Origin: a virus
Lineage: Duplodnaviria; Caudoviricetes
Virus record (IMG/VR): IMGVR_UViG_3300032289_002421
Span: 1-30,764 of that record
Reading direction: 5' to 3' (one strand)
Length of the DNA: 30,764 nt
How positions within the stretch are numbered: position 1 is the first letter of the stretch; each line of letters starts with the position of its first letter. The notes below the pieces were generated by a model. It was not told the origin of the DNA. It searched no databases and was given only the letters and a program-made list of their open reading frames with translations. Shown here piece after piece: positions 17,961 to 25,272 of this stretch. Position numbers and translations under genes: made by a program.

Positions 17961-18405
17961 TTTTCAAATAATTTATAAACCAATTGTTGAAATGTACGTG
18001 AAACTTCAAGAAGATTTACTTAAATATGGGCAATATGCCAACACGCTAAAAAAATTAGAATCAGAAAGTGATGAGGATTACGTCAAGAAAATGGAACAAT
18101 TCGTAACAAAAATCCGAAGTTCTGATGAAAAAACTATGAGAGATGTAGCAAAACTACTTGCAATTAACGAAACAAAAGAGCCAAAACAAGTTGCAAAATG
18201 TACAGAATTTTATAAAACCTCTGAACATTTGGCCATTATTTTAAAACGACTTCATGAACTCAAAGACTCAAAGTATTCAAACCCTGAAATTGAGAAATTA
18301 CTAGAAAAAGTGATTTTCTTTTTCTTTAGTTATACATTACAACTCTGTGATAACATTTATTCAACCCACACAGTAAAGAATGAGAACTATGAAAAACCCA
18401 ATTGA
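17917..18405 (+). CDS. Hypothetical protein
   Basis: 162 aa ORF. The start is probably the second Met (MTKYSF, GGAG SD). Confidence 0.7.
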   Translation: MTQSIKTGRQMTKYSFQIIYKPIVEMYVKLQEDLLKYGQYANTLKKLESESDEDYVKKMEQFVTKIRSSDEKTMRDVAKLLAINETKEPKQVAKCTEFYKTSEHLAIILKRLHELKDSKYSNPEIEKLLEKVIFFFFSYTLQLCDNIYSTHTVKNENYEKPN

Positions 18406-18652
18406 CGAGAAAAAAACAAAGTATTTTGAGTTGAAAAAAACTTTAAAAATTACAAATAAGATTGTACGATTATTTCACGAAATCGGAGATTTGAGACCTG
18501 GACTTATTAATGAGCACGAAGCATACATCAACGCAGTCGGCGCAACTGTTTATTTCTTAGAAAATACTGTCAAAGAATATGCAGATATTGCGCTAGAAAT
18601 TCATCAAGCGGACGAATGCGAAGCAAGCATAACATCTTTAAAACTACAATAA
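18380..18652 (+). CDS. Hypothetical protein
   Basis: 90 aa ORF overlapping its neighbours in the operon. Confidence 0.6.
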   Translation: MRTMKNPIDEKKTKYFELKKTLKITNKIVRLFHEIGDLRPGLINEHEAYINAVGATVYFLENTVKEYADIALEIHQADECEASITSLKLQ

Positions 18653-18921
18653 AGGGTTACAAAAAGCTGGTCACAGATGACTACAAACACGAAAAAAACT
18701 ACCTCAAATCTCTCAATGAATCAGAAAAAGAATGGCTTGAAACGTTTATTTCAGGCTATTATTTTAGAAATACACAAAGTTTTTTAAAGCTCAATTTCAC
18801 AGTGAGTCAACGCCGCGCAAGTTACAATCGACACCGCGCTATTTTAAATGATATCTATTCTAAATGTGTTCCCTTACAATTTAATGATAATCATGAGGTT
18901 GATAATGATGATAATAATTGA
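18616..18921 (+). CDS. Hypothetical phage protein
   Basis: 101 aa. The YLKSLNESEKEWLETFISGYY motif resembles small conserved phage proteins; function unknown. Confidence 0.6.
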   Translation: MRSKHNIFKTTIKGYKKLVTDDYKHEKNYLKSLNESEKEWLETFISGYYFRNTQSFLKLNFTVSQRRASYNRHRAILNDIYSKCVPLQFNDNHEVDNDDNN

Positions 18922-19174
18922 AGCATTTTGTCTTGGAATTCTTCTTGGAACTGCACCCATTGGCTATTATTTAATCAGAAAAAAAATTGAGAGTGTTACC
19001 ATAAAGTTTGACAAAGCTCACTTGAATATGAAAGACGCAACAGAAAAACTCAAACAATTGCATGAAAATGCATTGACAAATTATGAGTCACAATCTAAAA
19101 AAATTGAAAAACTCCAAACTGAAATGAACATTATTAAAACAACCACAACCCTTAAACGCTCAGGAAGTGTATGA
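18848..19174 (+). CDS. Membrane-anchored coiled-coil protein
   Basis: One hydrophobic segment (IIIEAFCLGILLGTAPIGYYLI) followed by heptad-like sequence. The start is likely near 18900. Confidence 0.6.
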   Translation: MISILNVFPYNLMIIMRLIMMIIIEAFCLGILLGTAPIGYYLIRKKIESVTIKFDKAHLNMKDATEKLKQLHENALTNYESQSKKIEKLQTEMNIIKTTTTLKRSGSV

Positions 19175-19770
19175 AAATTTCAATCTCAAATACGTTTGAT
19201 ATTTCAACCGTCGCAAACACAAAATCTTACCAAGAGTTGCAAAGTTATTTTGATTATGCAAACAGATTCACTTATGAAACTGTACAAGCTCTCACAAAAA
19301 AACTGACACTCAATGATAATTTTAGTTACTCCACGTTGAATTTAACAGTGAGTCACGGTGAGCCAATAGTTCTTAAAATTTCGAGTTATTCTCATATTCT
19401 TATCAATTCGATTATTCCAATTTTGACGTATGATATCTCTCAAAACTCACTCTCTCAATATGTTTTGACAATCTTTTTTAAACAAAATCAAAATATTTTT
19501 GCAAATAATGCAATTTGGGTAGCAGGGACAATTGTCAAATACTCTGTGCAAAATATCCAAAATTATAGCATTGGGGATGTAGTCACATTTTCAGGGTTCC
19601 GCAATCAACCCAATAATGGAACTTATTTAATTGTAGGAATTGATTTAGACACAGCGTCAGTATTTGTCCAAAATTATAACCGTACAAGTTCTACGGGAGA
19701 TGAACTTCTCTCAACATATTCTGGTAGTCCCCTTGTAAAAAATTATGTGACCATTGGAGTTATCAATTGA
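19171..19770 (+). CDS. Putative virion/tail-associated protein sharing a domain with the nozzle-like protein
   Basis: 199 aa. The C-terminal AIWVAGTIVKY...NNGTYLI...RTSSTGDE matches ALWQSGTTVRY...NNGRFII...RTSSTGDE in the 3..1532 protein. Confidence 0.65.
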   Translation: MKISISNTFDISTVANTKSYQELQSYFDYANRFTYETVQALTKKLTLNDNFSYSTLNLTVSHGEPIVLKISSYSHILINSIIPILTYDISQNSLSQYVLTIFFKQNQNIFANNAIWVAGTIVKYSVQNIQNYSIGDVVTFSGFRNQPNNGTYLIVGIDLDTASVFVQNYNRTSSTGDELLSTYSGSPLVKNYVTIGVIN

Positions 19771-20018
19771 ACAACCGTGAAAAAATCCGCGCAATTATTG
19801 ACCAGCAAATACAAAAACTTTATGAAATTTCTGAAACTTCAAGCAAGCCATTATTTGATAAAGAAATTGACTCACTGGCTAAACTTGCAAAACTTGTTGA
19901 AGCAGAATCATTACTTGATAGCTTAAAAGACAAAACAAAATTTGATGATTTATCAGAAGAAGAATTGTTACTTCTTTATAATTTTAGAAAGAATCAACCC
20001 AATGGACAGAGTGACTGA
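19767..20018 (+). CDS. Candidate terminase small subunit
   Basis: 83 aa, helical, directly upstream of and overlapping terL, with a C-terminal DDLSEEELL. Positional inference. Confidence 0.4.
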   Translation: MNNREKIRAIIDQQIQKLYEISETSSKPLFDKEIDSLAKLAKLVEAESLLDSLKDKTKFDDLSEEELLLLYNFRKNQPNGQSD

Positions 20019-21399
20019 AAAATTGTGGCAACGAGGCGAAATGAGCTTTTTGTTGCATGCAGCACAGAAACAAGTCTATGACAAAATATTAACAAGCAAC
20101 GAGCAATTGCATTTGTTTTTAGGCTCAAGACAGTTTGGCAAATCATTTCTCTCTCTTGCTCTTGGCTTTCAACACGTCGCAAGCCCGCACACGATTAATA
20201 AACTCGTAAAGATTGCAGCGGGTACACTCAAAGCGACAAACGATATCGTGAACGATAATATGAAATTTTTTATTGTGAGTGCACCACCGGGTCACATCAA
20301 ACCGACAAAATCTGACAAGCGTTACAAAGTTGGAACAAATGGCGAGATACGCTTGGGGATGATGGAACGTGCGCACGTCGATTCATTGCGCGGTGGGAAT
20401 GCTGGGCTTTACATTCTTGAAGAAGCAGCAGCAGCGGTGAGTAGTGATGATTTTGAGTACGCATACAAAGCCGTAATCATTCCGCAGCTACTTCGCTCCG
20501 GGGGTAAGATTGTTATCATCACCACGCCCTCAAAAAACCCTGATCATTACGTGCACTCTGTGATTCAACCGCAGTGTGAAAAAAAAGGCACACTTTACAA
20601 AGCGACTATCTTTGACAATCCACAACTCACAACAGAGCAAATACAAAACGCTATTAATGCGTATGGTGGCGCTGACACTTTAGATTTTAGGCGTGAGTAC
20701 CTGTGCGAAGTTGTGCGCGATGGACGCTCATTGATTACGCCTGCATTTTCTGATGTGCGGCATATTACAAATCAAAGCTATGAGAGTGTGTATGCAGCAA
20801 ACTGTTGGATAATCGGAGACACGGGAGGCATACGTGATAAGCACGTCTTACAAGTTTGGGGTCATCGAATTACAGACAATAAAAAATTAATCATTGCAGA
20901 GGTGATGTTTGATTCCAATACCAACACGATAGTTTTGGGTGATATGATTAAACAACTCCGCACAAAATATCAAATAAAACCCTATCACATTTTTTTAGAC
21001 TGCCATGGTCAGACTCAAGTCGATCTCAATACTTTGTGTGATGTTTCTGTTACGTTACCGCCGAAAGTTGATCGAGACAATGCAATTATGGCTTTGAATT
21101 CGGCGTTCTTTCAAGATGAGATTTTTATCAATAAATCATGTGAGTTTACAATAAAAAGTTTACGCTCTTGTATGTTTAATAAAACACGCACAGACTTTGA
21201 ACGAACAGATGAGTTAGGCCATGCTGATGCTGTGATGTGTGCTGTCTATGGTTTGCGTGTTGAAAAATTTATTGAGCGCTCTAAAATCATCACTAACTTT
21301 TCAAACTTTAGTCAAATGAGCAATCAATCACCACAGACAAATTTAGAAAAAGTCACAAAAGCCCTTAGACCCTTTCACAAAAGCCTAGCAAATTTTTAA
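20002..21399 (+). CDS. terL: Terminase large subunit
   Basis: Q motif (LLHAAQ), Walker A GSRQFGKS, Walker B LYILEEAA, coupling motif ITTP, FRREYLCE, and nuclease acidic motifs GDTG and HADAV. The likely start is the ATG at 20002 (track ORF from 19942). Confidence 0.92.
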   Translation: MDRVTEKLWQRGEMSFLLHAAQKQVYDKILTSNEQLHLFLGSRQFGKSFLSLALGFQHVASPHTINKLVKIAAGTLKATNDIVNDNMKFFIVSAPPGHIKPTKSDKRYKVGTNGEIRLGMMERAHVDSLRGGNAGLYILEEAAAAVSSDDFEYAYKAVIIPQLLRSGGKIVIITTPSKNPDHYVHSVIQPQCEKKGTLYKATIFDNPQLTTEQIQNAINAYGGADTLDFRREYLCEVVRDGRSLITPAFSDVRHITNQSYESVYAANCWIIGDTGGIRDKHVLQVWGHRITDNKKLIIAEVMFDSNTNTIVLGDMIKQLRTKYQIKPYHIFLDCHGQTQVDLNTLCDVSVTLPPKVDRDNAIMALNSAFFQDEIFINKSCEFTIKSLRSCMFNKTRTDFERTDELGHADAVMCAVYGLRVEKFIERSKIITNFSNFSQMSNQSPQTNLEKVTKALRPFHKSLANF

Positions 21400-21784
21400 C
21401 GATATTTTCTGTTAATGAATCCAAAATAATTTGTGTTGCTTCTTTCTCTGAAAGAATTAAAGAATCAATCACTTTTTCAAGTGTGTCTTTTTTCCAAAAC
21501 TCAAACCATTTCTTCTTTTCAATTTTTGCAGCTTTCTCAACCATAAAGTTTTTTAATACAGTTCTATCGCCAGCAATCCAAACCATAAATTTAATCGAAT
21601 ATCCATTGACTCCATGATAGCGAAAAAAACAGTTTGCATATTTTGGTTGTCCGTTCTCATCTTTTTCTTGAAAGCTTGTTGTAAAAATTTCAAAAGATAA
21701 ATTAACAAGCCGAGTTTTTACAGACAACTCTTGAATTGCAATGCATGGAGTTTCTAAAATTTTTATAAGCGACGTAGTACCCAT
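21365..21784 (-). CDS. Hypothetical protein
   Basis: 139 aa ORF, convergent with and overlapping the terL end. Confidence 0.6.
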   Translation of the reverse strand: MGTTSLIKILETPCIAIQELSVKTRLVNLSFEIFTTSFQEKDENGQPKYANCFFRYHGVNGYSIKFMVWIAGDRTVLKNFMVEKAAKIEKKKWFEFWKKDTLEKVIDSLILSEKEATQIILDSLTENIVKNLLGFCERV

Positions 21785-22206
21785 GAGCCTAACACTTTCT
21801 TAGCCTGGTCTTCGCGTAAATAGGGATGTGCAGCGAGAATTGCAGCGACAACGTGACCCGTTGACATGCGCTCGTAATCCTGCAACCCAAAATCTTCTGG
21901 ACGGCTATTTTTTAATAAATTATTAAATCGACGCGTTTTATTTTCTTCTAGTCGTTTTTTCTTGTCTCGACTTTCTCTACGAAGACAATCAGAAACAGCT
22001 TGAACAGATGGTCTGAATTCTGCATAAGTGCTAATATCATTAAAGACAATTTGCCAAATTTCTGAATCTGTTAAATCTGGGTTGTGTTGTTTTAATATTT
22101 TTTTCACTGTTACATATTTAATGACTCGGCCGTTTTTTTTCAAGTGGCCGTTGCGCCATTGCACACCAATGTGTTGTAATACGAGAGCCGCGTTAACTTT
22201 TGTCAT
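21763..22206 (-). CDS. Hypothetical basic protein
   Basis: 147 aa with AAGGA SD, divergent from the replication operon. Confidence 0.65.
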   Translation of the reverse strand: MTKVNAALVLQHIGVQWRNGHLKKNGRVIKYVTVKKILKQHNPDLTDSEIWQIVFNDISTYAEFRPSVQAVSDCLRRESRDKKKRLEENKTRRFNNLLKNSRPEDFGLQDYERMSTGHVVAAILAAHPYLREDQAKKVLGSWVLRRL

Positions 22207-22282
22207 TCATATCCTTTTGTTTTTAAATTACATATGTTAATATAGATGACGTTACCAAATAAATCAATAGAGGGCATCGTGT

Positions 22283-22864
22283 GTGTTAAGTTATTACGAT
22301 TTGACTAGACAAGTGCATTATGATCCCAAAACAGGAATTTTTACCTGGAAGATAAAAAAACGAAAAACTCGAAAAGGATCAGAAGCTGGTTTCTATGCGC
22401 CAAGTCGTCTGTACCGCTACATCAGAATTGATGGTAAAGATTATACTTGTCAGCGTATTGCATGGTTTTATATGACAAAAACTTGGCCAACTAAATTTGT
22501 TGGCTTTAGAAATAAAAATCCGATGGATTTACGATTTTTAAATTTAATCCATTGTGATAAATATGATTTGCAATCCAACAGATCCAATTCACAACACCTC
22601 ACAGGTGCACATTTCAGAAAAGAAAACAAAACCAAGCCGTGGAATTCAAGAATTTACTACAAAGGTAAGTGCATTTCCCTTGGTTATTTTAAAACAGAAA
22701 AAGAAGCACACAGGGCACACACAAGAGCAAAAAAGGATATACAAAGTGGAATTATCGACTTTGCTAAAGAAGTACCGAGTAAATGGCGAGACCTTTTATC
22801 ACCACGCAGGACGGTATGCGAATCAGCCCGTGGAGAAACGCAAACTGGTTCAAGAAATTCTTGA
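22283..22864 (+). CDS. HNH-AP2 homing-endonuclease-like protein, catalytically degenerate
   Basis: YDPKTGIFTW, YRYIRIDGKDY, RIAWFYMT..WP and the AP2 domain (WNSRIYYKGKCISLGYFKTEKEAHRA) are typical. The usual IDHIN...DNR motif reads VGFRN...DLR. Confidence 0.8.
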   Translation: MLSYYDLTRQVHYDPKTGIFTWKIKKRKTRKGSEAGFYAPSRLYRYIRIDGKDYTCQRIAWFYMTKTWPTKFVGFRNKNPMDLRFLNLIHCDKYDLQSNRSNSQHLTGAHFRKENKTKPWNSRIYYKGKCISLGYFKTEKEAHRAHTRAKKDIQSGIIDFAKEVPSKWRDLLSPRRTVCESARGETQTGSRNS

Positions 22865-24260
22865 AATGGGCGCAGAGCTTGAAGAAGTTGAACCAATAAT
22901 CGAAATCCTCAAGCAAAAATGTATTGAACGGCAAAAATTTTCCGATCAATCTTTTGATGAGATTGAACAAGTCATCCATTCATTTCATTACGTCATCGAT
23001 AAATTCCAAATTGTTTTAAATAAAAATAATCCTGAACAAAAACTTATCTATTTGATTGAGGGAACACGAGCAAAACTATTGGCATCCTCACTCCCTGGCA
23101 CAGATGAGCTAGTGCGGTTGCTTGCAAATATTTATCCTGAAGATATGGCGTTATTGCATAAAGAAATTCAATTGCGCACAGAAAAAAAGAAACGACACCA
23201 TGTGACAATCGAGAGTTGCATTAAATTATTAGTCAACTCGATTATCAATGCACTATACACAAAAACTCCAATGGCAATTAATTATGATATCAAACCATTA
23301 ACACTATCAAATAGTTCCGAATTTTCAGCGCACAAGTTGAATTATGAATACAAAGAAACACCACAACTCAATCCACATCTTAAAGAATTATTAGGGCGTA
23401 TCACAGACAGTGATCGGTTGTGTGCGTTACTTTGGATTTGTTTTAATGGCCATAAATCGCCGTATGTTATTTATTTATACGGCGAGGGCGGCGAGGGGAA
23501 ATCATCATTTACTGGAATGTTGCGGCGAAAAATTGGCAAAGATGTTGTAGCAAGCTTTGATAGCTCAAATCAATTTTCAAATTTTGGCATGTTCAATAAA
23601 GCGCTAATTGTTCTCTCTGAAAATAACAATCCCCGAGTTTTGCAAAAAGCAGAAGTGAAACAATTAACAGGAGATAGTATTGTCAGCATTGAACAAAAAG
23701 GAAAAGATAGGTTCACAGGAACATTGTCAGGATTATTGATAATTGACTCAAACGTACTCCCTGAAATAGACGGAGATTCCTACGAACTTCGAAGACTTCG
23801 TTTATTTAAATTTGAACCATTACAAGCCACAGAATTTTATTCTAAAGAAATGTACGAGAGTTTTTTAGGAGAAAATTTTAATGACTTTTTAAATTATTGC
23901 AGAATTTGTTACGAAAACATCGGGCAAAATTGGACTGTGCTACCTAGCCCAAATCAACAAGCACAATTTAAAAGTTTACAAGACAAAGCACAGCTTGTCA
24001 TGAATCAAGAATTGTGGGCTAAACTGATTCGCTCTGGAGAATTTGCAATTGATCCCCGTTCTGAAATTGAAGAATCCACATTTTATAAAGCATTGCAAAA
24101 CATTACAAACCTCAAAGAATTTAAAAAGAATTACGGACTTTCTAACTTTTTAAAATATTTAAAGCATGAACACGCCATCAAATCCGAGCATGGAAGAATT
24201 TATGGTTTGAAAGCCGTTGATAAAAAAGGCGTGTATTATGACCCATACCATACAAATTAA
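22746..24260 (+). CDS. Superfamily 3 (D5/P4-type) DNA helicase
   Basis: Walker A YGEGGEGKSSF, Walker B LIVLSE, KQLTGD, motif C LIIDSN and an LRRL arginine finger. The frame is open from 22554; the GTG at 22746 has an AAGGA SD (alternative ATG at 22866). Confidence 0.88.
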   Translation: MELSTLLKKYRVNGETFYHHAGRYANQPVEKRKLVQEILEMGAELEEVEPIIEILKQKCIERQKFSDQSFDEIEQVIHSFHYVIDKFQIVLNKNNPEQKLIYLIEGTRAKLLASSLPGTDELVRLLANIYPEDMALLHKEIQLRTEKKKRHHVTIESCIKLLVNSIINALYTKTPMAINYDIKPLTLSNSSEFSAHKLNYEYKETPQLNPHLKELLGRITDSDRLCALLWICFNGHKSPYVIYLYGEGGEGKSSFTGMLRRKIGKDVVASFDSSNQFSNFGMFNKALIVLSENNNPRVLQKAEVKQLTGDSIVSIEQKGKDRFTGTLSGLLIIDSNVLPEIDGDSYELRRLRLFKFEPLQATEFYSKEMYESFLGENFNDFLNYCRICYENIGQNWTVLPSPNQQAQFKSLQDKAQLVMNQELWAKLIRSGEFAIDPRSEIEESTFYKALQNITNLKEFKKNYGLSNFLKYLKHEHAIKSEHGRIYGLKAVDKKGVYYDPYHTN

Positions 24261-24269
24261 AGGTAAAGT

Positions 24270-24734
24270 ATGCCATTAATTACAAGAGACAATTATTTAA
24301 AAATGAGAGATATTACATACCATAAAGATTGGAATAAAAAACTTGAAAAAACAATGGAAGCCACAATCAATCAAATCAATGAATTTTTAAAAGAAATTAA
24401 ATTTTCAAATGTGGAAGTTGTAAGCGGCTGGCGACCACAACAATTGAATGAAAGCATTAAAAATGCCGCTACGCAAAGTAAACATATTACATGCCAGGCT
24501 GTTGATTTACTGGATTTAAAACCGTTTCCATTAATGCATGCAATCTTAGAGAATTTAATTGCGGCAGAAACTCATGGTGTTTACTTTGAAGATTTTTCAT
24601 ATACGCCAAGCTGGGTTCATATACAAGTTGTGCCGCCTAAATCGTTTCGTAGGGTATTTGTTCCAAATTCCAATCCACCTCTTGTTGCTAATAAATGGAA
24701 AGGTCTTGAGTATTATGACAGACAGTTTATATAA
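24270..24734 (+). CDS. Peptidase M15 family endolysin
   Basis: SGWRP..LN, SKHITCQAVD (SxHxxxxAxD) and WVHIQ zinc-ligand motifs. Confidence 0.88.
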   Translation: MPLITRDNYLKMRDITYHKDWNKKLEKTMEATINQINEFLKEIKFSNVEVVSGWRPQQLNESIKNAATQSKHITCQAVDLLDLKPFPLMHAILENLIAAETHGVYFEDFSYTPSWVHIQVVPPKSFRRVFVPNSNPPLVANKWKGLEYYDRQFI

Positions 24735-25272
24735 AGTTGGCGATAAATTTAAAATAATTGAAACAACAAGTGATAAGTTTTTAATCGGAGATATCTTTAA
24801 ACTGCATGAGATCCGTTTAGGTCATTATCCATATTTATTAAAAAGAAAAAGTTATTCGACTATTTTTGAAATTGAGCTCAATGCTGAACTCGTGAGTGTT
24901 TTCGGTGTAAAATTTGAGCCTCTCAAAAAACTTTTTGATGGAATTAGCACAAAAGATGATATGACGCTCAAACCACATTATCGAGCGATTAGTCCTTATT
25001 TATTGCAGAATATGGCGATGATTTTTAGACAAGGAATTAAAAAGCACGGCCTCGATTCCCATCGTAATATTGAAGCAAAACATGCTGGAGAAATTATTGA
25101 TGCATTGTTGCGACACATTGAAAAAATCAGGCTTGGGGAATTTTTTGATTTAGAAAGTAAGCAACCACACCTTGCACATGCTGGCTGTAATCTTTCAATT
25201 CTCATGAATATCTATGCAAAATATGGTGCCGAAGAATTGATTAAATCAATAAATGGGGAATTGAATGAGTGA
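24715..25272 (+). CDS. DUF5664-like dATP/dGTP diphosphohydrolase-domain protein
   Basis: GIKKHG, DALLRHI and DLESKQPHLAHAGCNLSIL match the GA.KYG...ALxRH...D.ESG..HLAHA..N pattern. The likely start is the ATG at 24715. Confidence 0.75.
   Translation: MTDSLYKVGDKFKIIETTSDKFLIGDIFKLHEIRLGHYPYLLKRKSYSTIFEIELNAELVSVFGVKFEPLKKLFDGISTKDDMTLKPHYRAISPYLLQNMAMIFRQGIKKHGLDSHRNIEAKHAGEIIDALLRHIEKIRLGEFFDLESKQPHLAHAGCNLSILMNIYAKYGAEELIKSINGELNE

Noticed and set aside
17457-18652. Three adjacent helical ORFs as a paralog family
   Set aside because: Only weak resemblance is visible by eye and may be compositional. Profile-profile alignment would be needed.
21763-22206. Helicase-loader-like protein (EFRPSV resembling an FxPxxxE motif)
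   Set aside because: A single short motif is insufficient evidence.
22726-22740. A_AAA_AAG slippery heptamer in frame in the HNH gene, suggesting an HNH-helicase fusion
   Set aside because: This motif drives -1 shifts, but the helicase frame is +1 relative to the HNH frame. The AAGGA more simply serves as SD for the GTG at 22746.
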